Below, piece by piece: positions 1 through 12,950 of a DNA stretch of 64,000 nucleotides; position 1 is the stretch's first letter, and every line of letters starts with the position of its first letter. Both the position numbers and the translations under genes were made by a program. The stretch lies in assembly GCF_009914755.1 (NCBI RefSeq), contig NC_060932.1, one strand, 5' to 3'. This DNA is from the human T2T-CHM13v2.0 reference genome, Homo sapiens. The notes beneath the pieces are model-generated. The model saw nothing but the letters and a program-made list of their open reading frames with translations. It had not been told where the DNA came from and searched no databases.

Positions 1-199
1 TATTATGAATATTTATATAATATACTTGTTTAATAGTTCCCAAAATCTGATACTAGAGTTCAATAAATATCTACAAACTCATTGAGGTAAGGAATATCAT
101 GGTTGATTTATTACACTCCTTACTTCGCAACTACTTATTTTTGCTATCCATCACATAAGATTTTGGATATTGTATAATATTACATTATTAAACATATGA

Positions 200-1100
200 A
201 ATTTTAAAACACGTTTTGTTTTATGATTCATAAAAAGTAAAACATTATTTTAGATCCTACATCATCTTAAATGAGACTCAGCTGTTTGGAAGGATCTATC
301 TTACAAGATGGAATCCATTATTTGGTTTTCAGTGCCTTTCATAATAGTGAAAATGAAACACATGTTAATCCATTTACTTGAATTAAAGAATAAAGCTAGA
401 CTTTTTCTAACAATGAGTATGCTTGATTTGGTTGACTGGTTTACTAATGAGTACTGACTTTGCTAATTTGGTTATAGAGTGGAAATTTTCTATTAATTGA
501 ACGAACTGAATTTGAATTTCCAAGTTTTTGATAAAAATATGTTTAAAGCATGTAGAATATGGGAGACACAGCATTTTGTCAAATGTATGGCAAAGGTATG
601 TAGAAGTTATTACTACCTCATGTCCTAATTCTTTCTTGAGTGTATTGAGTTAAACTATATGCCTCTAAGTGCAAAAATAACAAATATAATTAATACCCAT
701 CTGAAAAGTATGGGTAAAGCACTTCTGGTACAGTTCCCAGAAATCAAGAAAATGAATGATTCCAACAACTGTGTAGCAAATCTTTGCAAGTGAATTGATT
801 TTCAGTTCTTTGCTCTCAACAAAATTGAAGGTGGACCTAATAGAATATTCAGTTAATAAATCATCAGATGTGCTTTTTGATGCTAGACCACTTTGAGATG
901 GTTGTCATATAACTCGGAAAGTGTTCAAAGAATTAAGGAAAATCAGTATAACAAACTCCATTCTATTGCCATCTACTTATCTATGTGAATTGATGCTGAA
1001 CCTTCCCTGTCTCACTCAAGCAATGAGTAATATTCATCTAGAGTTGCATTAACTAATTGAAAAAAGGTGCCATTCATCTCAGTAAGTGCTTAATTAAATT
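200..1100 (+). mobile_element. hAT (Charlie/Buster-like) DNA transposon, decayed transposase relic
   Basis: ~434-550 reads DWFTNEY*LC*FGYRVEIFY*LNELNLNFQ, like the hAT LAYLxDIFxxLNELNLxLQG block. ~963-989 reads LLPSTYLCE, like the hAT dimerisation-domain motif. Many stops; boundaries approximate. Confidence 0.75.
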
Positions 1101-1569
1101 GTCTTTGTTTAATAATTATCATATTATTTTAATCAAATTGCATACTAATAATGCAATGATAATATGATCCCGCACATATGTTCCAATATAATAAAACACT
1201 TTAATTGAAATTTATAAACATAGCTTTGTTAAAAACAAGTGTGATGTGGGATCAATAAAATAATTTTAAGGATAAAAATATGTTTTCTTAACATAAAACT
1301 CTATGGGGAAAGTAGAATAAAATGTAGAACTCAAGGAATACATGATGTTCAATTTCTTACAATTAAAAAAGTTTCTTGTGTTTTTAAAATGAATGGTGAT
1401 GACTATCAAATCGCTAGGGTATTTAGATTGGATTAGATACAATTAAAAGAGCATTTTAACAGTTTCATTTAAAATATTAATATTGAAATATTTCAGAAAT
1501 TGCATCTCTGCATTTCCTTAAATTAATGTTTAAAAATTAAAAATAACTACTAAAAATTAACTACCTAGT

Positions 1570-2412
1570 CTAATAAAGACATCAGACAAATCTCAGTGGA
1601 AGGGCATCCTACAAAACAACCAATAGTCCTCAAAACTGTCAAGGTCATTAAAAATAAAGAAAGTCAATTGTTGATCAGTGAGTACAAAGTTTCAGTTATG
1701 CACAATGAATAATTTCTGGAAATCTGCTACACACCATAATACTAATAGTTAACAATTTGGTATTCTGCACTTTAAACTATGTTAAGAGGATAAAGCTCAT
1801 TAAATGTTCTTACCACAAGCACAAACACACAAAAGAACACAAGGAAATTTTGGAGATGACAGGTTTATGTGCATGTACCATAGGTAATCAATGTCAGCAC
1901 ATATCTTGATTGTGCTGATGGTATTATGGGTGTATATATTTGTCGAAAATCATCAAAATGTTTACATTAAATATGGTGTGCATTTTTGTATATAAATTGT
2001 ACCCCAAGAATGCTTAAATAAGTAAATAGAAATTACATGCTAATTTTATTTTTATATATGTTACATAGTAAGTAAAATATATCTAATTGTAAAAAAAAAA
2101 AGAAAGAAAAAGAGGGAAAGTTTGAGAAATTGTCACAGCCAATAGAAAACTAAGAAGTGTGATGACTAAGTGTGATTTGGTATTTAAAATGGGATCCCCA
2201 AACAAAAGAGGACATTACGTAAAAACTAAGGAGATCTAAATAAAGTATTGGCTTTAATTCATAATAATGCATCAATATTGGTTAATTGCAATAAATGTAC
2301 CATCTTAATGGTAAGATGATAATAATAAAAAACTGGGTACAGGATTATAGGTATTCTCTGTACTCTGAATGTTTTCTGTAAATATAAAACTGTTCTTAAA
2401 AATAAAATTTAT
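1570..2412 (+). mobile_element. Old L1 3' UTR (L1MC-like) interrupted by an L1MA/MB 3' end at ~1668-2020
   Basis: L1MC-type text (ctcaaaactgtcaaggtcat...gaaagt / gagaaattgtcacagcc) is split by an L1MA/MB-type 3' UTR (gtacaaagtttcagttatg...tcttaccaca). A-rich tail at 2091-2111. Confidence 0.7.
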
Positions 2413-2514
2413 TAAAAATTAATTACTAAATTAAAAATAGGTATAAAACTAAAAATATTCAAGAAGGGGCGTCATTTAAAACTATATATATTTAGTGGGT
2501 ATCCATGAGCAAGC

Positions 2515-2817
2515 ATTTTTTTTTTTTTTTTTTTTGAGATGGAGTCTCGCTCTGTCGCCCAGGCTGGAGTGCAGTGGCGCGATCCTGGCCACACTGCCAG
2601 CTCCGCTTCCCAGGTTCATGCCATTCTCCTGCTCAGCTTCCCGAGTAGCTGGGACTACAGGCGCCTGCTACCATGCTCGGCTAATTTTTTGTACTTTTAG
2701 TAGAGACGGGGTTTCACCCTGTTAGCCAGGATGGTCTCAATCTCCTGACCTCATGATCCACCCGCCTCGGCCTCCAAAAGTGCTGGGATTACAGGCTTGA
2801 GCCACTGCGCCCAGCCA
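2515..2817 (-). mobile_element. Alu (AluY/Sc-like), full length
   Basis: Poly(T) followed by the reverse complement of both Alu arms; caagcat flanks both ends (TSD). Confidence 0.95.
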
Positions 2818-2894
2818 ACAAGCATGTTTCATGTACACAAATTCTTGCCTCTGCAAATTTCTAACTATATTAACAGAAACAAATGGCCGAACCC

Positions 2895-3015
2895 GTCTCT
2901 GCCTCAGTTTCCCCATGTAAAAAAGAATGTCTTAATAGGGTTATTGATAGGACTAAAACAATGCCTTTAAAATGCCTAGCATACAGGAAACACATAAGAG
3001 CAGTTGTTATTGCTA
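2895..3015 (+). mobile_element. MIR fragment
   Basis: Core ctctgcctcagtttccccatgtaaaa and MIR-like 3' end. Confidence 0.65.
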
Positions 3016-3932
3016 TTATTTTCATAAACAGATGAGTCAAATACAGTAGTTTCAAGTAGTAGTTTATAAGTAAATTTGATTTTGTAGCTGAGAGACAGTT
3101 ACGAGTAGATGAGACCAAGCAACCAAGGTGAAATGTTCAAGAAATATTCATGTGCACATGCACACAAACTTTCTCAAGATCTGAGCCCCACACTTACAAT
3201 ATGCTTCTGTTATTCTCCAGTACTCCCTGTGTCTAGGCCCTGACACCAAACACAGCCTGAGTGCAGCCAAAGGAAAGTTTGGAATCTACCCTTAGTGACA
3301 ACCCTGGGGAGTACCCAGACACAAGTCAAGAAACCATCTCACAGCACTAAGAACTGTGAAGTCAACCTCTAGCAACCTTTCCTTCTTTGAACCATCAACC
3401 TATGACTGAAAATTAGATCAATGAGATTAAATCACTTGCAATCAAGATATTGAGAAAAAGCCACAATGAGGGCAAGGTAAGTGTGCAAAAAGCATTCAAA
3501 GTAGCCACATAGCCTTGCAGAAATATTTAAAATAGAGGAATTTCATCTGGATGGTTTCATGTCTGTCTCCCTCTCCAGAACGAAAACTTTTCAAAGGTAG
3601 AAACGGTGGCTTTTAAGCTCTTCCTCTTCAACGATAAGCACAATGCCTGGTTGACACTTAATAAATAGTTGCCCCCAAACACAGTATTTATCTCAATTCA
3701 GTTTACAAAGATAATAAAATCACATTTTTATTTTCTTTATTATATGAACTGATAGTGATAACAATGTAGCATGCTCTTACATTGGCAGTTAAAGCTTTCA
3801 ATTTACAATTGCATCTGATATCTTATTTTTATAGGTGCAGATACTTTGTAGAAAATGTAGAGGATTTTTTCAATTTTATGTAGAAAAATACAAACATTTA
3901 AACATCTGCCACTTCAAAAGACATCAAATACA

Positions 3933-4645
3933 TGGTTCTCGTGATAGTGAGGGAGCTCTCATGAGAGTTGATGGTTTCAAAGTGTGGCACTTCCCCTTCA
4001 CTCTCTCTCTCGCCACCTTGTGAAGAAGGTGCTTGCTTCTCCTTTGCCTTCCCCCATGATTGTAAGTTATCTGAGCCATGCGGAGCTGTGAGTCAATTAA
4101 ACCTTTTATATTTATATATTAGTAAGTCTCAGTTATGTCTTTATAGCAGTGTGAAAATGGAATAATACAGGAAATTGGTACCGGTAGAGTGGGGTACTGC
4201 TATAAAGACAACATGAAAATATGGACATGACTTTGGAACTAGGTAACAGATAACTTTGGAACTGTTTGGAGGGCTCAGAAAAAGAGAGGAGGATTTGAGA
4301 AGGTTTGGAACTTCTTGGAGACTTGTTGAATGCTGATAGTGTTGCAGACAATGAGGTCCAGGCTGATGTGGTCTCAGATGGAGATGAGGAACTTACTGGG
4401 AACTAGAGTAAAGGTCACTTATGCTATGCTTTAGCAGAGGGACTGGCACATTTTGTCCCTGCCTTAGTGATCTGTAGAACTTTGAACTTGAGGGAGATGA
4501 TTTAGAGTATCTGGCAGCAGAAATTTCTAAGCAGTAAAGCATTCAAGAAGTCACCTGGATTTTTCTGAAGGCATACAGTCATATGCATTCACAAAGAGAT
4601 GATTTGAAATTGGAACTCATGTTTAAAAGGGGAGCAAAGCACAAA
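3933..4645 (+). mobile_element. MaLR (MST/THE1-type) partial LTR (to 4169) plus start of internal sequence
   Basis: LTR 3' half (ccatgattgtaag...aataataca) followed by the internal start (gaaattggtacc...gtggtctcagatggagatgaggaact). Truncated at both ends. Confidence 0.85.
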
Positions 4646-4669
4646 AGAGAGACAGAAGAAAGAAAGACT

Positions 4670-7090
4670 GATGAATAAGGCATTCTATAAGCCCACTGAT
4701 GATAGTTTTGACAGAATCAATGCTTATAAGGAAGGCAAATCTATACCCAAAGTGTCTATTTCAGTAACGAAATGCTACCCCTTCCATAATGAAAGCAGTC
4801 CTAGTGATCATTCTGGGAAATGATACCTTATCAGTGACTTACTATTGATCTCCACTGCTGGCGTATTGGACATTCAGCAGTGGTTGTAGCCACATCATCC
4901 TAGGTTAATGGAAGTCTATGTTACTGAGCCCATGCATAACTTCCATCCCTGTCACCATGGCCACTTTGTTCATGAGCCCACTGGCGATGACAGAGGTGGC
5001 TGGAGAAAGAAGCTGACTGGTATCCATAAAACAGGTCATCCTATCCAGTTGATTATTAGAATCCTCCCCTGCTGAGGTCACCCTTTGGTAAGCATTAACA
5101 CAAAACACAAATATCTTCACATTTTTTGCTCATTTAGAAAGATCTATACACATACCTCTTCCCCAAATTTCCTTGTCATCAATTTTCCAATCATGTGCTT
5201 TACAAGTCCCTGACCATCCAACAAAACCATTGGGCACAGGCCATGAATTGATATATAATTGCACATACGCATTTGGCCACTTCCTCTTCCAAGCGAAGTA
5301 AACAACCAAATGTGTTGCTCAAAGTTCTGTCCGCTGGTTTCCTCCACCAATATGCTTCAGGGATGCCTGCGTATTTTCCAGAATCATCTGTAAATCAGGC
5401 CCAAATCTTCTCTTCTTCTGTCAACAGATGATAGGGAAGTCTCCATGGGCCCAGAGGTACAGAGAGAAGGCAATGTAGCAGAAGTGGGGGCCACTTCTTC
5501 ATGTAACTTATTCGTGCCCTCGGGGCCTGCTTGGGCCTGATCATGGATATGCTACTTCCAGCTGACAATGGAGTACTCCTGTGCATGCTCAACTTCATGG
5601 TTTGGTGGGTCAGATAACACCCAGTTCATGATGATGAGTAGCTTAGTTTGCATGGTAACTTCATGGCCCATGTTTAAGTGTTCAGTCTCTACTAAGGTCC
5701 AATATTAAACCAACAGCTCTTTCTCAAAAGTGGTTATCTGCAGAAGATGGCAGGGCTTTGCTCCAAAATCCTAGAGCCTTCCAAAGACTCCAAAGGTCAT
5801 TCCTATCTGCCACTGACACTTCCAGCACCATTGGATCTGCAGGATTAGATAGACCCAGTGGCAGAGCAGCTTGCACAGCAGCCTGAACCTGTTGCAGGGT
5901 GTTGTCTTGTTCTGGAACCCACTCAAAACTAGCAGCTTTTTGGGTCACTTAGTAAATGGGCTATGTAACACACCCAAACAAGAAACATGTTGCCTGCAAA
6001 ACCCAAAGAAGTTTAGTAGGTGTTGTGTCTCCTTTTTGGTTATAGTGGGGGTTAGGGGAATGCAGATGCAAAAATGTATCCCCTAGTACCTGGTGTGGAT
6101 GTGTTAATTTTCTTAAGCAATGAAACCACATCTGGTGTGGTAGCTGCAGTTGGAGTCACCATCTTGTTAAGCCTGCAATAATTCATTGTCATTCTCCAAG
6201 GTATGTCTGTATTCTACACAGACCAAGAGTTGAGTTGAATGGGGGTGTTATGAGAATCACCACCCATTTATCCCTCAAGTCCTTGATGGTGGGACTAATC
6301 TCTGCAATCCCTCCAGGAATGTGGCATTGCTTTAGGTTTACATTTTTGCTACATAGTGGCAGTTCTAGTGGCTTCCACTTGGCCTTTCCCACTATAATAG
6401 TCCTCACCCCACAGGTCAGGGAACTGAGATGGGAATTCTACCAGCTGTTGAGTATATCAATTTTAATTATGCATTCCAGAACTGAAAAAATAAAACATAG
6501 GATGGGTTCAGAGACCCACTGGCCCACTGTGAGACAGATCTAAGCCCTGACTCTGATGGAGCACAGTAATGTTTTGAATACCTTGAAATTAGTGTCAGCT
6601 CAGACCCAGTGTTCAGTAGTCCCCAAGAGTTCTGATTATTTCCTTTTCCCCATTGCACAGTTAAAAGACCAAAGGTGCTTTTGTAGAAAGTTGGAAGAGA
6701 GATTAACAGTATACATTTTTGTTGGTGTACTGGGGTCCTTCTTCAAAGGGACCTCCCTTTCATTGAAGGAGTTTAGGGTCTGTAAACTGGCTCAAATCTG
6801 GAAATTAATTGAGTGACTATGGCTTTGTTCTTATCTCAGTGTAGACTTTTTTTCACTTGGACTAGAACTTTTCTGTTTATACAGATCAAATAAGAATGTT
6901 AGAGGTTTCTTATCTATTTCACTTCTAGGAACACCATGATCAACTAGCCAATGCCATAGGTCTGCAAGTCAAACTATTCCAATTACTGCTTTGACTCTGC
7001 TGTTCAATGCAGTAACCACATCCACCTTGCCTTTGATAGCTGAGTGCTGCTACTTGGACACTGTCAAACCAGAAACTAATTACTCTCTGA
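4670..7090 (-). mobile_element. ERV-L internal fragment (gag-pro-pol relic)
   Basis: Minus ORFs give ERV-L peptides: GLLNTGSELTLI (protease site), IIVGKAKWKPLELP...IPGGIAEI (RT start), KAASFEW...QQVQAAVQAALPLG...DPMVLEVSVAD (RT/RNaseH). Frameshifted. Confidence 0.9.
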
Positions 7091-7109
7091 CATGGCAGAG
7101 AGTAATTCT

Positions 7110-8500
7110 CATGCCTGATTGTGGCAATGGTAATTTATGCTGAAGCCAATAACTTTCTGACCATAGGAAAGGCAGCAACATTTTTTTCATTTTTTAAAAA
7201 ATTATATGTATATGTAATGCATACATATGGTAAAAATTAAATAGAACACGGGAATAAAAAACATGATAAAAAACAAGAGTCCCCCAGCCCTCCCTCCTAG
7301 ACAGTGGCCTCCTTCCCAGAGGCAACCTCTTTTAACTATTTCTTGTTTTGGTTCTTCTGGAGGTAACTCCCACAGTCTGGACTCACGGAGGTGAGGCAAT
7401 CTGGATATTGGCATGAGGGTTTTTAGTTGTCACAGTGATGGGGTGTGGGGGGACTACTGGCATTTACTGGGCCCAGGAGAAGGTGACAAGTCTCCTGCAA
7501 TGCACAAGATGGTCTTGAATAATGAAGTCATGTCCCCGTTTCTCACCCTGTTTATTGTCCTCTGGACATTCACACAGACAAAAAAATCCGCTTCTAATCA
7601 TCAGTATAACATAACTCCATTTCATACATAAACATGAGTTATTTTGGGGTGGTTTTAAGACATGTTGATTTTTCCAGGGATGCAATTATCTTATAAACTG
7701 GGCAAAGATTGTACTTTGTTTTGCTGGGAATTTTACCAATTTGTCCACCATTTGGGGACACTGTGACATGGATGGCAAGGCCACTCTTGATATGTGAATT
7801 ATGAAACAACACATCTTCATAGTTGGGCCTTTTAGCTGTCCCATTCGTGGGGATTCTATAAGTAGATTGCTCATTGGGTGACTTCATTACATCTTCAACC
7901 ATCATTTTACCTGAGCACTTATACACATCAAGATAGACACTATTTGTGCAATTATTTTCAGTCCTCTTTTATAGTTAATGAATTATATGGAGTTTTTTCT
8001 TCAATTTGCTTTTTTTCCCCTCAACTTTTATTTTAAGTTCAGGGGTACATGTGCAGGATATGCAGATTTGTTACGTAAGTAAATGCATGCCATGGTGTTT
8101 GCTGCCCAGATCATCCCATCGCCTAAGTTGGAAGCCCAGCATCCATTAACTATTCTTCCTGATGCCCTCCATTCCCCCACCATTCCACTGACAGGCCTCA
8201 GTGTGTATTGTTTCTCTCCATGTGTTCTCATCGTTCAGCTCCCACTTATAAGTGAGAACATGCAGTGTTTGGTTTTTTGTTCAGCAGCAACATTTTTAAA
8301 GGTCCAATTTTGCACGTGGCTCTGGGATTCGTTCCTGAAAGCTCAACGTAGAATTTGTTGCTTCATCCCACTCAACAATTTCGTAAGCCATTTAATACCC
8401 TAGAATAAATACCTTCTTATATAAATTAGCTAGAGTGGGTTTGCTACGTAGCTAGAGTAATTTATTTTTTCCACAACAACTGAATGCCAAACAGTATGGC
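7110..8500 (+). mobile_element. Old ERVL LTR (LTR40-like), split at 7172-8297 by an L1 insertion
   Basis: ctgattgtggc...ggcagcaaca continues after 8297 as ggtccaattttgcacgtggctctggg...aataaat...agctagagtgg. Confidence 0.6.
8008..8283 (-). mobile_element. 5'-truncated L1PA (about L1PA8-PA10) 3' end with a 3' transduction extending to 7186
   Basis: Reverse L1PA 3' UTR (ttttattttaagttcaggggtacatgtgcagg...gtgagaacatgcagtgtttgg). 14-bp direct repeat gcagcaacattttt at 7172-7185 and 8284-8297. Confidence 0.85.
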
Positions 8501-8834
8501 CACTAGCATTATTACATGAATTGTAAATATCCTTTTGGCTTTTATTTTTTACAGCGGAAGAAATAAAGACTTGAAGGAGAAAAAGGATTTCTCTCTGGTT
8601 GTGGTTCATAGGAATTCAAGTTGTATATGACCGTCATACCTCCATATCTTGTGTGTCTCTCTTTGCTCCCCCATACACTAAATATACCTCTCTACACTGT
8701 GCCCAGTGAGGAAGCTGGTAACATAGCTTCATGGGAACAAATCTAAACTTAATAACTGAGAAGCTATGCAACATACATCCTGACTATATTTAGACCTCAC
8801 AAAGCATAGCAGGAGCATTTGTTTATTTACTTAT

Positions 8835-9290
8835 ATACATATGTTCATAGCACCTTTATTCATAACCGCAAAAGAAAACTGAAAATAACTCAAATGTCCA
8901 TCAACCAATAAGTGAATTAACAAACTGTGGCATGACCATACAATGCAAATACTGAAAAGTAAAACAGGAACTAACGACTAATACATGTAACAATATCAGT
9001 ACCGCAAAAGTATTACGTTAAGTGAAAGAAGCTGGACGCAAAAGACTATATCTGATTCTGATTATTTGAAATTCTAGAAAAGACAAAACAAAAGTGACAA
9101 AAAGCAGATCAATGGTTGCCAGGGGGTAGAAGTGGGGGCAAGGGATTGACTACAAAGGGGAAAATGGAAATTTTTAGGTGATAGAAATGTTATATATCAA
9201 GATTGTGGTGGTGGTAATTACATGACTATACATTTGACAAAATTCACTGAATTATATACTTAAATTGGTTAATTTTATTATATATAAAAT
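8835..9290 (+). mobile_element. Old L1 3' end (L1MB/ME-like)
   Basis: atgttcatagca...caaatgtccatcaa...aagtgaaagaagc...ggttgccagggg. Confidence 0.8.
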
Positions 9291-11134
9291 AATATCTTAA
9301 AATTTATTATATATATATAATACCTAAAGTTTATATATATCAAAATGGAACAATGGTAATATGATTTACTTTGTATGCTACATTTCCAAATATTCTTCAA
9401 TGAGGATGTTTTGTTTTAAAATCAGAACAAAAATCCCATTTAAAAACAATTGTCGTATTATAAATATGAGTATATGTGATCACAATGACTTATAAATAAA
9501 TACAAACTCAGAGCTAAGAATAAAAGGAAATTTACCACCATTTACTTTGGGTAAAGGAGTACTAAAATTCCTCCTAAAGCTTTTGTATAATTGATAACTT
9601 TTAGGGGAGGACTTTGTTTTAAAAATGCAGTAAGAATAGAGAATGCCTTGCAATAATTGGTATAAGTTTATCCAGAGCTTTTGCCCAAATTAATGAATTA
9701 GGAAGGCATCGCGTGCTCACTTTTCAAAGATGCCTTTGAAAGGTTATTCAGTAGTTTATTTCTTTTGTTTTTTTCTGCTAAGTTTCTGTTTCAGGTGGCT
9801 ATTTTTTTTTTTCAAGAGTTATTCTCTGCTGGAGCATTTAAATTGAAGCTATGAAACCAAAATTGAAAGGCTGCTAGTTCTGACTTAGTCATTTCATCCA
9901 GATTATGCTACCTGTATGAGCCCAAGAGTCTCTTTTTCCATTAAGGAATTCATGTTCAAATTGTGTTTTGAGGGTGTATATGTATGTATGCCAGCAGCAA
10001 AAGGAACAGGCTCACGGGAAGTGAAAGACAGTAAGAGAGAAGGTTTGCATAATCTAACCTTGGCAGGCCCTCTCATCCTCTTGGGTTGCTTTTATTCTCA
10101 TCTCAGCTCTTTGTCCCAGGTTTTTCCCATCTTCATTTTTCTCCTCTCTATGCCCTCAGATTAAACTTCCACTTCACTGCTCTTTCCTCCCTCCTCCCCA
10201 TCTTTATTGCCTTTTATCTTATTCTGTCAAAAGAAGAAAGCATAATAGCAAAACAAAAAAGTTCTGTAAAAGGAAAAACAAGCTCCTACTCCTACATCTA
10301 ATATCTAATTTTCTTCTCTTCTACCACATTCAATCATGTTAACATCTAAAAAAATTTACACAGATAGAAGTAATGAAAAAGGAGAAAACATAAATAAGAA
10401 AAAGAGAAAGTGGTATTTAGATGGTTTCTACTACGTGCATTTATTGCTAGATAGGAATAGTTGTTTTTATTATTGTTGTTGTTGTTATTTGAATTAAACA
10501 TGGGATCATTTATTTAGCATTTATTCCATTCCTACTTTATGTCCCCTGACGGTGGGTTAAGAACTAGACAGAAAATAATAAATGAGACTTAGTGTCTGCC
10601 TTCAATCAGCTAGTAAGAGAAACATATTCATACAATTATGATGAAATATGTTAAATCTAATACTCCAGTTTGAGCTAAAAAAGCATCATCTTTAAATCCT
10701 CTGAGGAAGGAGCTGTACTATCCTGCTTTGCCACATGGGCTAATGCTCTTTCTAATAAATTCTTATTGGATATTCAGTGCCTCTAACTTAAGCAATTGCA
10801 CTCTGAAAACCCCTGGAATGCCCTGGAATGTTTAGGGAAACTTTTTGGTCTTAGCTAGCCCACAAAGTGTTCCCTAGTGAGCTCATATTTCATAGTAACA
10901 CAGTATTGGTAATCATTTTTTATTCCTTTCTTTCCCTCAGCAGCCTCATATCTAATCAGTGAGTAAGTCCCATTGTTTCTATCTCCAGATAATATTTTTA
11001 ATTTGTCTACTTCTCCTTATCGTCACCAATTAAAAGGCCCTAAAAGAAAAAAGCTACTGTTATTCTGTTTTAGACTGCTGCAACAAACTCTAACTGGTCC
11101 CCATGCTAGTTATTTTCTGTTTATTATCCCCACC

Positions 11135-11995
11135 ACCTCCTTCAGATCCAGTCTCAATCTTCTGTGTATCCTGCTCTGTGTCCCAGAAGTCTGATTTTAC
11201 AGGCTGCCTCATCCAGACTCCCTTCCTTGCTGGCCAGATTCTGGGTCAGTGTGGCTGAAGGGAGGCACCAGCAAGAAGTCAGTGATATGGTTTGGTTGTG
11301 TCCCCACCCAAAATCTCATCTTGAATTGTAATCCCCATAATTCTCATGCGTCAAGGGCAGGAGCAGGTGGAGGGAATTGGATCATGGGAGCAGTTTCGCC
11401 CATGCTGTTCTCAAGATAGTGAGTGAGTCTCATGAGATCTGATGATTTTATAAACATCTGGCATTTCCCCTGCTTGCACTCACTCTGTCCTGCTGCCCTG
11501 TGAAGGTGCCTACTTCTCCTTTGCCTTCCACCATGATTGTAAGTTTCCTGAGGCTTCCCCAGCAATGCCGAACTGCGAGTTGATTAAACCTCTTTCCTTT
11601 ATAAATTACCCAGTCTCGGGTATTTCTTCGTAGCAGTGTAAGAATAGACTAATACAGTCAAGAAGTGGGGAACAAATGTCAAGATATTTCTTCCCCTCTC
11701 TGTTCTTCCTAGGCATCACAGCTCTGGCAAGAGGTATGTCTCTCCCTAACTACATTTCTTGTAGGGCAACCCCTCCTCACAGTTCTAACTCTCATGGAGC
11801 TCTGGATGCATAACTTTGCCCCCTTCCTCCTTCAGGCCTAGGAGAGATAACAGCTTTCTGCTGTTGTCAGTCTTTGGGAGCCTCAATATCATTTGTGGCT
11901 TCCCTTGAACCTACCTACTCCTCTGTAATAATTCTTCATTAAAGTTTATTAAAGCCTTCTGAGTAATGTTCATTAGATCATGACCCTAATTCATA
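11135..11995 (+). mobile_element. ERVL LTR (LTR33-like), interrupted by a MaLR LTR
   Basis: cctgctctgtgtccc...ggaggcaccagcaagaag and ttcaggcctaggagagataacagcttt...ttcattaaa. Confidence 0.6.
11283..11656 (+). mobile_element. MaLR solo LTR (THE1D/MSTA-like)
   Basis: Termini tgatatggtttgg...gactaataca; 5-bp TSD gtcag/gtcaa. Confidence 0.92.
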
Positions 11996-12516
11996 TAGTC
12001 TCCTTGTTTCCACTCCTGCCTGCTTCCAATCCATTCTCTACACAGTAGCCCAAGCCAGGCAAATGCAATCACATCATGTTGCATTTACAGGATGTGATTG
12101 CACCATGTCTGGTAAAGATGACCTGGTTTATTCTTCCTGATTTTTAGCCCTCAGAGGCTTGTTGGTTCCAACCCAATGTTCTAACCTGTTCTCCAGTTTT
12201 CTATCAATTTTCTTGTAGTGTCTAATGGATACTACTCAGAAGGCTTTAATAAACTTTAATGAAGGAATTATTCATAGAGGAGCAGGCAGGTTCAAGGGAA
12301 TCCACAAATGATATTAAGACTCCCAAAGACTGGCAACAGCAGAAAGCTGTTATCTCTACTAGGCCTGAAAGAGGAAGAGGAAAAGTTATGCATCCAGAGC
12401 TCCATGAGAGTTAGAACCATGAGGAACTGTGAGGAGGGATTGCTCCACAAGAACTGTAGTTAAGGAGAGACACCTCTTAGCAGAGCTGTGATGCCCAGGA
12501 AGAATAGAGAGGAGAA
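11691..12516. repeat. Local inverted repeat: 11691-11977 versus 12221-12516
   Basis: For example cttcattaaagtttattaaagccttctgagta (~11935-11965) is the reverse complement of tactcagaaggctttaataaactttaatgaag (~12233-12264). Alignable over ~290 bp. Confidence 0.95.
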
Positions 12517-12950
12517 CATGTAAATGCAATCACATCACTCTCCCACTTAAAACGTTCCACTCATTCCCCATCACACTTAGAATAACTCTTCACCATGGCC
12601 TACAAAGCTCTGTAGTCCTGCCCTCCCTACTGTTTCTAATTTCTCTGACCCTATTACTCTATCTGTAGTTCCATAAACATGTTGGGTTCGTTTCCCACCT
12701 TGGGGCTTTGGCAGTAGGTGCTTCCTCCTTGTGAAACATTCTTCCCCATAATCTTCATGCAATTGGTTCCTTCCTGTCTTTCAGATCTCATCTAAAATGT
12801 CATCTCCACACTGAGGTCTTCCCAGAACCAAAAACATAAAATAACCTCTCAATAACCCTGTTTCAATCTTCTATACACAATTGTCATTTTCTGATGTTTG
12901 TTTGGCTTATTTGTTTATTGACACTGCTTCTTCCTCCACTAGATAGAAAT
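11995..12950 (+). mobile_element. L2 fragment interrupted at 12077-12521
   Basis: ccaatccattctctacacag...aaatgcaatcacatca resumes at 12522 (ctcccacttaaaac...ccatggcctacaaag). Confidence 0.7.

Noticed and set aside
2495-2725. 76-aa ORF, and similar ORFs at 52427-52654 and 63650-63945
   Set aside because: Antisense Alu translations.
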